NCBI GenBank assembly: GCA_040285855.1
Contig: JAUFOQ010000013.1
Location: 1,612,001-1,676,000, forward strand
DNA: 64,000 bases
From: Eukaryota sp. GEM-RC1
Taxonomy: Eukaryota
Direction: 5' to 3'
A model generated the notes under the pieces. The model saw nothing but the letters and a program-made list of their open reading frames with translations. It ran no database searches and had not been told where the DNA came from. Positions 12,601 to 24,928 of this stretch are shown piece after piece. Position 1 is the stretch's first letter; every line of letters begins with the position of its first letter. The translations under genes and the position numbers were made by a program.

Positions 12601-15600
12601 CCTTCTACTTTGATGATATTTTCGTTCTCCAATTGTACTTTCCCTGGTGAATGAGCAGGCACGTCATTAGAACGACCACGATTGTCACCACAAGTAAAGA
12701 CTTCATCTTGGGATGTAAGAAAAGCGGTATGACTTGGTCCACAGCTGGCATCAATGACGTGATAATCTTCTGAATTCCTAATAGCAGTAGGAGTGTTTCT
12801 ATTAATAGAATCACCAACACAAAGCTGACCCCTATGATTCCTACCAGTAGCAAATAACTGACCATCTGAAGAAATGAAAAGAGAATGATCAGCACAAGCT
12901 ACGACCTTTTTGATAGAAGAAGTAAAAATGAATTTAGTCGGAGAATTAACGCCTATATTAGAGTTGGTACCAAGTTGACCATTGTCGTTATTTCCCCAAA
13001 CTCTAACTTCTCCATTATCTAAGACTGCTAAGGAATGGTACTGCCCTGCTGATACGTCAACAACATTTGCAAGGGAAGAGATTTTCACTGGAGTCAATTG
13101 GTTTGAAGCGCTGCCTAATCCTAGTTGACCAAAGGCTCCAGATCCAAAAGAGTAAACGTCACCAATGGTAGTTCTAACAAGACTGTGGGCACCGCCAGAA
13201 GACGCTCTGACTATTGATGTTGATGTGGCTGCACTGCTGAAGTCAACTTTTGTTGGTAGTTCTGCTTTGGTAACGTCACCTACTCCTAATTGACCAGTGG
13301 TACCTAAGCCTTCAACTACATTACCTCCCCAAGAGTAGAGTGATCCATCAGTAGTTATTCCAAGGGTATGAACTGAACCAGTACTGATTTCAACAAAGTC
13401 ATGAGGACTAACAACATGTAAAAGTTTATGATGCTCTTGGATGCCAGTACCAGTTTTACCATCAATACCATTACCAAAAGCAAGAAGAGTAGATGGGTCA
13501 ATTGAATCTTGATTAAGAATTAATACGGCATCTTCATTGACAGTCAAAATGGAAGTATCGAGAATCAAATGAGACTCCTTAATTATTCCAATACCAGAAA
13601 GAACAAAATTAATGTGAGAAAACTTAACAGTTTCTAAGAATTTGAAATTTAAAGCAGAAAATGTTGAAGCACTAACACAAGTGCAGTTAATAGAAGAATC
13701 AGTTATAGACAAAAGGTCAGTTACTGATAATGAGAAACATCCAATAGAAAGTACAATATCAGAAAGATATAAAGATTCAACACTGACAGATTGGTCAACA
13801 TAAACAACGTCATTGATATAGAAACCGTCAATATCAACCACTGAACTTTCATCTGGGAAGGAAGGAATCCAAAAATCAGTTCTAGACCATAGGAGATGTT
13901 CAGAGTTATCATCAGGAATTACTAAAGAAACACCATTGGGAAGATGTAATGGACATTGACCAAGATTACTTATAGGTCCCGGATAGTCATTTACTACTGA
14001 ATCATTAACAGAATTATTACCAACAACTATGTCAAAGTAATGGTCACAATGGACCGTAAAGTGAACATAATCTAAAATCGCAGAGTTGAACACGATTGCA
14101 GGCACTAAACTGTTGATTGACAACTCATGAAAACCAAATCTAAGTTCAATCTTACCATTCAAATAGGCGTGTCCATGTACAGTCAAAGGAACTTCATTTT
14201 TGTTGTTGATGACTAAAGCTGACTCAGAAGAAGCATATAAATCCAAAACAGACAGCACTCCTGTAGGGATTAAGGTTCCATGATTATACAGAAAGGATGA
14301 TATATCACCAAATCCTGTAACAGATGCTAATTCATGAGTGTAAAGACCATCCAAGTCAACTTCTCCCCCTTTCAACACTAATGCAGAGTTGTTCATGAGA
14401 CGAAGAATTTGTTCGCCCTCAACTTTACCAAGAGTTGTCAGAGTCTTACTGATCTTATAGCCTGCAAAAGTTGAGTGTATAACACCAGTAGATTGAAGAT
14501 CAACATTAGCGGACAAAGTTACGGGGTATAAGTATTTACTGTCCATTGTACCCCTTACTTCCAATAAGGAATTTTGATCGCCAATAATTGAAGACTGTAC
14601 TATTTCTTGAACAGACTGCTGATAAGCTCCACAAAAATATTACCAATGGTCAAGCCCTGCGTTTCCGATACAATAGAAGGAAGGGTGCCCCTTTTCCAGT
14701 CGAAGAGCCCACCCGTAGTTGATAAAGCCAAAGGCGTAGTCCCACGACCACTGATTTTAGCAACCTTACCCAATCCCTCTACTTTACCAGGAGTGTGAGC
14801 TGGTACTGCAGTAGTTAAACGACCCAATACATCTCCACAAGTGTAGACATCACCATGAGCAGCAAGGAAAGTGGAAGTATCTGGATCAAGTTCAATAGAA
14901 AGATCTGCTTGTATTATAGGGATGTCTTTGGGAAACAAAATTGGGGTGGGAACTGATCTTCCATTATCGTCACCAACACAAAGTTCATCATTATTGTTTC
15001 CACCGCTTGAGAAAAGATGACCACTTTCTGTAAGGAAAAGAGACGATTCTGATCCGGCATTAGCTTTACGAACCTTATGCTCAAAAGGAACTAGAATAGG
15101 TTCCGTCACACTTGATCCTGATGAACCTATACCAAGTTGTCCCCGACCATTGACGCCCCAAGCCATTACTTCTCCATTAGAAAGAACAGCAATGGAATGT
15201 AATTCGACAGCAGATATGTAAACAACATCCGAAAGAGTTGAGATTCTTGTAGGGGTGAATTGGTCAGTTGTTGATCCAATACCAAGCTGACCGATGGAAT
15301 TTCGACCAAAGAGTAAACATCACCGTTTTCCACCCTGACCAGACTGTATGCATCTCCAGCAGATACCTGAACAACTTTAGTCAAGTCAAGCTTTGTAGGG
15401 AAGTCGCGACTAATGGTATGTCCTAACCCTAGTTGTCCATTTGAGTTTGAACCCCATGAATAAAGTGAACCATCACTAGTAATAGCTAGGGAGTGCCAGC
15501 AATTACTAAGTGACACAAAGTCTAAGCTAGGTTGTACTGGTAAAAGACCATGAGTTCCAGTATTTCCAGTACCAGTTCTTCCACCACCTCCATGACCCCA

Positions 15601-16122
15601 CGCTAACAGCGGTACAGGATTAGAAGGATCTTGGGTAACAGAAAAGATAGCATCTTCTTCGATAACTACCTTTGAGTTAGTAAGGGTGAGATGGGTTCCA
15701 AAGAGGTCTGCTTTTGTTAGGATGAATAGATCGATAGAGATTAGATGGGTGGGTTTGAGAATCTCACAGTTGTTTGTAGAGATCGTGGATCGGGAAGAAC
15801 AAGAAGAAGTGACAGTGGAAGCAGATAAGAAGATGAGGCCAGTGATCGTGACTGAATGGCAACCGATAGAGAGATCAACATTAGATAGGTGGAGGGATTT
15901 AACAACAACGTCATGGTCAATGAGGATGGTGGTTTCGAGCTCTGATCCATCGATGTAGACATTAGAGGTTTCTGACGGAGGAGAAGGATCCCAAACGTCA
16001 CTATTAGACCAAAGGAGAGGATTTGAGGGGTCAGTGGAGTCAGGTGTAACCAAATGGACGTCAAGAGCAAGACATACGACGACGGATAAGAAGAAGATCG
16101 TCAATCCCCTTAGAGAAGGCAT
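9671..16122 (-). CDS. Rejoined ~2150-aa protein: signal peptide, 2x(beta-helix-like plus RCC1 repeats), 2x LKGG linker, MLKL-like 4-helix bundle, protein kinase
   Basis: Five ORFs join by single-base frameshifts, and three of the restored junctions match the sister module. Signal peptide MPSLRGLTIFFLSVVVCLA. RCC1 motifs YSWGSNSNGQLGLG. SKWYKKTFTHSKFKREFEMCNKLLD resembles the MLKL N-terminal domain. Kinase motifs VVIK, HRDLKPDN, DWG, SPE. Confidence 0.7.
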
Positions 16123-16588
16123 CGGGACAAATGAAGAAAATTTAGTCCAAAAATCAAATTTCCACCACTTTTGCAGTTTACCTGCATAACTTGTTTCTTT
16201 GTTGAAGTTTATGTGCAACAATAGTATTGTTACAATACTATGAAATGAGCACCTACTAATTTAGAAAATGAAGGAATTTAAATTTTGCGCATGAACGCCC
16301 AGTTGTCAGTAATGTAAAATGTCAACAACTCAATCTATTATTCGCCATTGCGTATTTATTGACTGCTGCGATGTTCACTCACTTCGACTTTCAGAGCATG
16401 TTCATTGTTGAGCTGCGTCCTATACTAATTCTATACCAGCAACCGTACAAAAGGGAACTACAATAACAATAAATATTGGAAACAACAATTATCTCATTGT
16501 TTCTAACGGGTACAAAGTGTACTGAGAACCAAAAGTGTATTGTTTAAGAGTTTATCCAGTGTATTTGTTGAAAGAAATACAGTACAAT

Positions 16589-18591
16589 TTAATTCATCAA
16601 CTCCATAATATTTGAAGACAAAACAGTATCAAACACTTGCAGATATTCATCCGCTTTCAACAAAGAAAGAGCTTCATCACACGACGAAAATCGATCATTC
16701 AGTAAATAATCAATGAACAACTCATCAATCAATTTTGATTGTGTCCTTGAGCTCTTCTTTGAGTAAAGAGAAAGTACCAATCGTGAAGCCTCCAAAGGGT
16801 TTTGTTCGAATATCCAGAGTAACAATGGACCATTGGGATTTACCACTACTTTTAAAGTTTCCAATGCTGCCAGTTGAACTCCAACGTCAACATCTCTTGT
16901 CCTTTCAAGAAGTAAATCGGGGATAGAGTTCTCTACATCTTTAATTGAAGAAAGTAGTCTCACTGCAACAGCTCTAACTTGACGTGACGGATCTCCTTGC
17001 ATTGTTGAAGCGATGGTGGTGAATATCAATCTATCTGTTGCATCTACATCAGAACTTTCTACGGGCTGCACAGCAATCAACTGCTGGCGGACTTCAAGAG
17101 TCATTTGAAGACACTGTAATGCAACCATCCTCAATGCTGATTGCCCATCAGTCGAAATTAAATCACAAATGAGTTTGACAAAGTAGTACAATGCTGTTGA
17201 GGTATTAAGTGACGGGTATTGACTACTACAGGCAATGAAGATCCCCATTACAATCAAGCACTTTTGACGGACGGCTTTACTAGGACTGTTGACAGAGTTA
17301 CTAAAACTTATATGTGGAGTAATATATTGTTTTAGAAGAGGGTACAAATAAGGAGCGACTGTCAGGAAAAGCCGACTCAAGACAAATTTTCCAGGAAATT
17401 TGAAATCTGGTTTGAATGCAATTTTGGTTGAAACAGTGTTTGGTAAGTGATGACAAATTTGAAACAAAACCGACAGTAAAACCTGTGCAATACACTGAAG
17501 ATCATCTTCACGTGCAATTTTGATTAAATGATCAAAAATCAAAATCATGACGTCACCAATCGGACCAATATCGCCATTTCCGCGAATATCATTGGAATTT
17601 AAAATTAATGATACTAATGAAGCCGTTAAATAATAAAATCCTTTCTTACCAACTAATTTGGGTGAATATTGAACTATCTGAGAACACAGATACAAACATA
17701 CTTTAGGAAGTTGACTTCCATTGACTTCTAGTTGTCCCAGCATCACTGACAATGATGAAAGGAATACTAATTGAACTTCTTCTGATTTGTCCTTGACTAG
17801 AAGTTTCATGATTGGTAGATTGGAACAATTGGAAAGTAAACAATCAATAATGATTAGGGTCGCTTTGGATGATGACATACGCTGCAAGAGCCTTTTTTCT
17901 CTTGACGTGGATGTGTTACAATTACTTGATTGACTGTCAGCACAAAAGATGATTGATTTAACCCCTTCCAAATGTGGCTCAATCAATTCAAACACCATTT
18001 CACTGACCGAGATTAATTGAATTACAGGGAAATCATTGTAAACGGATCGATGACAGGATTCCTCGAGGTTTAGAATCGCAGTATAGATGGAAAAAAGCAG
18101 TTCTTGAAACAGTGATAGAATTTCACATTCCAAAGGTGGTATATCGATGGAATTGTGGTATTTCTCCTTAAGATCAGAAACATATCTACACATGGAATTG
18201 AGAGAAACAAAAGATCTGATTGATTGACTACTGAGCTTGAGTAAGTCGTTATCCATTTCTGAGGAAATTTTTAGTGTAATTTCAGAGGTTTTTGAATAAT
18301 TAGAGGGTTGACGATACTGAAGTCTTGAGGATGATGAATCAAAGTCTGGTGGCGAAGGAGAAGGAATGGAGATTGGAATTACTGGAGGCATTGCAACGCC
18401 AGTACGGGTTGTTGCCTTTAGAGTCCAACCATCGTCAGTGCCAGGAGAGGAAGGAGGTACATGGAAGGGAGAGGGGGAGGTAGTATTGAATTGAGGAGTT
18501 GCAGCGTTCTCAGCGTCAGATTGATGCTCAGTTGGTTGTTCAAATAGGGCTAGAATGGCGTTCAAGTAGTCAGAACGGTTATTTTGAGACA
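16589..18591 (-). CDS. HEAT/ARM-repeat protein with a condensin CAP-G/Ycg1-like HEAT motif
   Basis: 681-aa ORF; likely start MSQNN at 18591. GDPSRQVRAVAVRLL...LLLERTRDVDVGVQLAA resembles CAP-G HEAT repeats. Orthology not established. Confidence 0.6.
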
Positions 18592-18882
18592 TGAAGAAAA
18601 CGCAGGCAAATTTCAGTTTACACCTCGTCTTCATTCGTCTTGTAAAAAAGTGGTTTCTACAGGTGAGATCAAGTACTCAAAAGTATACTCCTGGTTGTAC
18701 AAGACTTACGTGTATCCACGTCCACGTTGGGAACAATTTGAACAGACATTCAACCATATCAGTTAGTTACATGATCTTACCCCTGATAATGAACGATGTT
18801 GTCCGATGAAGCGATTCGTTTCTTAATGATCTCTCATAGTTGATGAATACACCAGAAATTTTGACTTGACGTTTTTCTGAAC

Positions 18883-20896
18883 ATGATTGTTCCATTTCTC
18901 CTTCTTTTAGCCTTTGGGCTCTGTCTCGCAGATGATAGGAGTTCAGTTCCAGGATGGATGCTCACAAACTTTAATGACACCATGCTGACTCTTCGTCAAA
19001 AAACTCTGTCCTTCACCCAGAAGCCTGATTTCCCCGCAGGCATTTCATCCCTCCGAATCGCTCCCAGATTTTCGATCAACTCATTATATGCTGATTCATT
19101 CGCCTTCAAGTATCGCGGCAAAGTATATGCTCCTTTTGACTATGACTTAACCATCCAACAACTTCCTGATGGATCAGTCGAAACATGTGCCGTCTCTCCC
19201 ACATCTTCCCCTTTCCCTTTCACTCTCTGCCGTGTTATCTTCTTCCCTCCTAACAAACCCTTCTACGTCTCTGAATTCACCTTCAAGCCAGTCAACCCCT
19301 CAGATTCCATATATCTTCTCCACTTCGTCATCTCTGATTCAGATGACCAGCACACTGCCTGGGCCTGGAGAGACAAGGACCATGGCAACCAGTTCATGAT
19401 TGACCTTCGCAAACTCAACAAAGGCTACCTCTCTTTCGACTCCTTCCCCTCCTCCCCTCCTCTCTCTTGGGAAGTAGGTCCAGCTAATGGCAAGAACTCA
19501 CCCTTAAACAGATTCATCCGTGGCGAGTCTCTATCAAAAAGGAAGTTTGTGAGGATAAACAAGTAATGATCTCTCTGTTGTTCCACCTTTCTTCTGATTC
19601 ACCAAGCACTTTCACCTTCACTACTGTTCAACAAGACTGGTCTCCAGCAGTGACTGCCTCAACGGAAGCTAGGAGTCGTACACCCTCTCATTGGCGATCT
19701 CTTTTAACTGAGTTTGTATCATCATGGTCTAAGAAAACCATCAAGCCTAAGTCCCTGTCAATTGATCACGACCAAGCTTTCACTAATGCAATGTTGTCAT
19801 TCAAATACGGTCAGAATCCACTCATTGGTGCTATAACTGCTTCTTTCCATCCTTCGTATGCTTTCAAGTCTTGGACACGTGATGGGCTCTTTGCCAGCAT
19901 CATTTTGAGCTCTACTGGTCATTATGACGAAGCAAAAGCCTATATTGAGTTTCTAGCAACGGTTCCTCTCACTGACGGACACTTCCACACAACTTACTCT
20001 ACTTTTGATGGGTCAATCTCTCCTTTTGTTGAGCCTCAGACTGACTCTAGCGGTCTCTATCCCCTAGCAGTGTTATATTACCTATCAGCATCAAAATCAA
20101 AAGACCTATCAAATGACGTTTACAAACGTGTTTTTGACCTAATGGACGTATGGGTAGATTCTATTTCTAAAACTGGTCTGGGAACTCCTGACTATTCTAT
20201 TTGGGAGGAAAGCTCTGCTCCAGAAGATGGCCACAGTCTTCCCACTGCTTTCTTCACCTTCTCCCAGGCACTAGGGGCTGCTGGGCTAAGAGCGGCAGCC
20301 AAGATTTGTAGGAAACAAGGAATGATTGAGAGAGCTAAGCTGTATGAATCAGCTTTTGAAATATTGAGTGGGTCGATTTTGGAAAATTTTAATACTGGTG
20401 AATATTTTGGACGATCCTTGTCGCAGGACAGTGAGCTAGATCTCCGCGTTGATGCTTCAACAGCCGCTTTGATCTTCACTGGCTTAGTTAAAGGAAACGA
20501 TGCAAGAAGTCATTTAGACGCGATTAAAAACACTTAACCAAAGATCGTTCTGGAATTGCTAGATATCAAAACGACATTTTCTTCTACAAGTCAGTGTTTA
20601 ATCCTAATGGCCAGGAAAGCTCTGAACCTGAACCTGCTTGGACTGTTACTACAATGTTTGTAGCCCTCGCTGAACTAGCTCTAAAAGACACGTCATTGGT
20701 TCAGAAAAGACTTGACTGGATGGTGGAGAGATCTGCGCGGTTCAATATGCCTGTTGGAGAGGCGGTGGATCCTGTTATTAAGGAGTTTATTTGGTCCGGA
20801 AGTCCTGATCTTTATGAGTGGGGTTCTTATTGTCTAGTTTATAATGTTTTTAAAGGAATTGCTCCTTCTTTAGATGTAGATGAGTTGAATTATTAG
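18883..20896 (+). CDS. Secreted glycoside hydrolase family 15 (glucoamylase-like), two frameshifts
   Basis: Signal peptide MIVPFLLLLAFGLCLA. GH15 motifs SWTRDG, PQTDSSG, DYSIWEE and RVDAS. Confidence 0.8.
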
Positions 20897-21359
20897 TTTA
20901 TTGTGTAATTTGTCTTTAATTCTTATTACATTTGTATAGATTTTAAAGTGTCTGTTTTTCCAAGATTGTTGTGTCTTTATAGTAGAGTAGTTCATATCTT
21001 TATTACAGACAAATGTAAATTTTTGATTTTCTAGTCCTGAAACCAACAAATTTGAATTAATTTAATGATTGTATACAGTAACACACTATACTATAGTTTT
21101 ACTGAGAATGGACCAATTGAAAAAACATGTACTAAGTAGTATAAGTTGAATTTAATCTACTCATTTTAATTCTGTTCTAACTCCAATATTATCTTGCAAG
21201 AAGTTATCATTTTGAATGCAACTGATAATGCTTAAATAGTCTAATGGATGGATACACCTATACAGTTGTGTTGTTCGAAAATTCCCCAAATTTGACACTA
21301 TTGTACTTAAGTCAAATTCTTACAAACCACTACAGTAAGTTCTTGTCACAGTACGTCAA

Positions 21360-22083
21360 CTACTTCCGATTTCGTTTGATCTTTGGTTTGTAGGAATCAA
21401 AAACATCCATTGATGACATTGAATCTATTGTTAAATCCTGTGAACTCTCATCAAAACTACAAGAGTCGTCAATAGAAAATGATTGGGAGACTGACTGTGA
21501 TGAGTCAGCAACATAATCATCAACATCATCACTATACAATCGTTTCCAACACTTTTTCATTACATCATTTAGCCGTAGGTCCGAATCACTGACAACGTGA
21601 ACTTTCCTAATTGCCTTTTCCTTTATGTTACCTTGGACCGACACGACACATCTAAATAAGGGAAGCAGAAAATGTTCCTTCAAGACTTGAGAAGAAAATG
21701 ACAAGTGATGACAAAGCATTGGCCAGTCAAATACTAGTGGATCCTTGTTGACGTGTAACACGTATTTGCGATTGTTTGATACACGTGTGAGATCGTGGGT
21801 TATGTCAGGATCCGGAGTGCTTATCCAAGAGACAAGTTGTGTTAGGGAAGACGTCATTTGGAGAGACAATGAAACTGAGAGAAGATCGTTGGCGGAGAAC
21901 GTCAATGTCTTTGGATTGTAGTTCACAGAGCCAACAATGTTGAAGATCGGTAAGTAACAAAGTGAGAGAATCTGAAGAAGCATGAATCTTGGCAAAATAA
22001 GTAACGCCATCGTAGTCACAGATTGGGAAAGGAAACTCTGGTAGGAGTTGATGTAGAACAGCGTCGTTAATAGACAGAGTCAT
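21360..22083 (-). CDS. XLF/Cernunnos (XRCC4 superfamily)-like protein, one frameshift
   Basis: Head LTLLLTDLQHCWLCELQSKDIDVLR, then PLVFDWPMLC..SQVLKEHFLLPL, then an acidic tail ending in a basic motif KPKIKRNRK. Confidence 0.55.
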
Positions 22084-22733
22084 ACTGCTGAATGAATCAA
22101 TAATTGATTCTAAGAATGTGAATCTACATGTTCAATGTACAGAGCATGTAACTACAGTGTGGTAGGTAGTCAAACTTCTATTACTAGTACAATGTAGACA
22201 TCAATGAGTAATAGTAGTTGTTTTCCGCAAAACTGTAACATCTAACATTATTCATAAAGAAAATGAATTTTTTTGAATACATAGCATGTATTTGGTCTCT
22301 TACAGAATCATTCTTTTTAAATGCAAGGAAAATTGTAGCTAAATGTATCCAATGAATGGTCCGAATATGTTGTTGTTAATGACACCTTACAATTGGGTCC
22401 AATGTATAAGTAATAACTACAACTTCTCTGTGAAAACAACGATATGTCAGGCAAACGAATCAAATTACTTTACTTGAAAGATTAACAAAGTCGATATTTT
22501 CATTTGAACAAAGCACATTTCTTGATCTGTAACAATGTGTTTCATGTATTATTATGATTACCTTTAAGAGATACACTCACTTGCTTTGTGTACATATAGT
22601 AGTCATCATAAAGAGATCTCAAGATTTCTTAAATGCTTGAATCAGGTTGAAGTCAAGTTCAAGTAGATTAACCACACTATATGCGCTGTTATAACACAGG
22701 TAGAAAAAAAGGTAGAATCTAGTTAATTCAGAT

Positions 22734-23204
22734 CTATACAAAAATACAACCTTCAGAAGGATCTTCTAGAAAGAACCAATTACGTCTTGTACACAACTCT
22801 ACAATGACACGGCGTTGGTCCTTGTCGGCATAAGTTACTTTCATAGTCAGCTTGTCCTCAGAAGGTTTCGTAAGTTGTTTGAGGGTCTCAAATGTAATCA
22901 TGCGTTCCACAGAAAGTGATAGCTTTTGGTTGATTTCTTTCATGCATGTATCAACCAGTTTCTGGAATTCAGGGTTTATCTCTAAAAGTTTCAACAGATG
23001 AACCTTGGCATGAATCAAGTCTTGCCGTGGAATAGCGTCTGAAAAGAGAGATGCAGCCGGGGGTTCAATTTTGACGTCTGAGCTGTCACTATCGGAACCC
23101 GAGATTATCAGTGCAGCATTTGGCTTGTCCCGAGTGGGTTCGGTGACATCGATGATTGTATGTGGATGTGCTTCGGTTCCAGGAAAGTTGGGAAATGAAG
23201 CCAT
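22734..23204 (-). CDS. Hypothetical protein (156 aa)
   Basis: Intact ATG-to-stop ORF with coding-like composition; no family recognised. Confidence 0.6.
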   Translation of the reverse strand: MASFPNFPGTEAHPHTIIDVTEPTRDKPNAALIISGSDSDSSDVKIEPPAASLFSDAIPRQDLIHAKVHLLKLLEINPEFQKLVDTCMKEINQKLSLSVERMITFETLKQLTKPSEDKLTMKVTYADKDQRRVIVELCTRRNWFFLEDPSEGCIFV

Positions 23205-23254
23205 GAGAAATGAGAATAAGTAATTATGTTTTTGTTAGTACAATGTACAATGTA

Positions 23255-23372
23255 TTTGATTTTGAATGAAGAAAAAGCAGCCGTGACTTTTAATGGCAAT
23301 GAATGTTACTTTAATGATACTGATCATTGAGGTCTAGTTTTTGTTTATATCTTACTGTTTTTGTTCCATAAA
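23255..23372 (+). mobile_element. 3' tip of RLE retrotransposon, family C
   Basis: Encodes EEKAAVTFNGNECYFND (compare EDKAVVRFDSDGCCFND at ~40190). Ends GTTTTTGTTCCATAAA like the copy at 52303 (minus). Confidence 0.55.
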
Positions 23373-23440
23373 CAAAAAGTAGAATGATATTGTTTAATTG
23401 TTTTCATTTTCATTTAATTTAATGTGCTAGTTATTATTAC

Positions 23441-24101
23441 TAGGGATGGTGAAACTCCAACTCGACTTCACTCCAACCAATAAATTTTACGAGTGAACTT
23501 TACTCCTACTTCACTTCACTCCAACTCAAGTCGCTTGTTGACTTCACTTCACACGTTTTAGTGTAAATTTTTTGAATTTTACCTTTATAGAGTATTCTCA
23601 TTTGACGCTTTTGTCACTTCTACCAGTTATATACAACGATGTCTTAATGTGTTTCCATTCACAATAAACAAATACTGTTAGATATTCAGCGTGATGGTGT
23701 CATCGCAGTGAATCGTTCTATATTTTTTCTGAAAATATCTGCTGTTAACAAGAAGAGTTTCAGAAGTTATTTCAAAAATTGTGTTCAACAATTGTTATGA
23801 AGTATAAACAGGTCTTGTGGACAATTGTTTTATCATTTTCGTCTTTTAAACGAAAGCATACATAAGTTTATTTCATTTTGGTCAATGATAACTACAAGTA
23901 GTGTAACTCCCCTAGACATAGGCTTTTTTGTAGATTGCTAGTATGTACAAAACTTATTTAGGAATGCTAATGAAATAGCAAGCTTCACTCCCACTCAACT
24001 TACTCGTAAAGATCTGACAGGACTCCAACTCGTAGAAATTTGGAGTGAAGTGGGGTTTGGAGTCTTGGAGTAGAACTCGAGTGGACTTTTGCCCATCCCT
24101 A
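23441..24101. mobile_element. Non-autonomous hAT element (661 bp) with Ac-like TIR
   Basis: TAGGGATGG...CCATCCCTA. Perfect 8-bp TSD ATTATTAC at 23433-23440 and 24102-24109. Subterminal ACTCC/ACTTC repeats. Confidence 0.9.
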
Positions 24102-24479
24102 ATTATTACTCTTGGCAGACATTATGAGGATATGGTTGGTGAGAACAGGCCGTGTTACGTGTTAGCGTTCACTGTTGTACATCGCCTTTTTACCATATTA
24201 TACCTCGTAGCGAATAGATTGTTTAGAAGATGGTACTCTCGTACAGTAATTATCCAACAGTGGTAGGAACTCTCATTCATCTTTAATACAAAGTCTAAAT
24301 ATGTTGATATCTATGTTGGTTGTGTATCTAAAATCAGAGACAATACTCTCCAAAATTGACTAGTCCTAGGTATTTAGGGGCAACGAATTGCTACTTTTTC
24401 AAAGGAAAAGCGAATATATGTAAACTATGTAGTTAGTATTCACGAAGGAAATATAAGCATTAGATTCAAAATCACTGAC

Positions 24480-24860
24480 TATTCCGTTGTCTAAAAGAAC
24501 TCCATTTTGGATGATTCGAATGGTCTTATTGAAAAGAGTGAACAGCAAAAGTGTTCAAATTATACGGATGCTTTTAAGATGCTTAATGAACATTTATATT
24601 CTAAATCTTTATTTGTTCCATTTGCAATTTCAATTTTTGGTAATATTGGTCCACCAGGTTTGAAATGTTTCAGCGATTTCAGTCTATTTGTGTCGTTCTA
24701 ATGGCAAGGTTTTTAATAGTGATGGATTAATCGAATTTTGTTTGCTCTTTATAGAAATATTCCCAAGTACATGTATTTAAGTTCTATTTATTCGAAGTTG
24801 TATAGGGATAATTCTCGTGTTGATGTGGAGAATTTAACTTCTTTCATTTTCTGAATTAGA
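24480..24860 (+). mobile_element. Divergent RLE retrotransposon remnant (family D)
   Basis: IEKSEQQKCSNY...FVPFAISIFGNIGPPGLKCFSDF...WINRILFALY matches the RLE C-terminal motif of the other copies. Boundaries approximate. Confidence 0.65.
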
Positions 24861-24928
24861 ATGTATTAATTGATTGTTGCAAACAAACTCTAATTTAAAG
24901 ATGTTTCAATTTATAAAAAAATGAAGAA

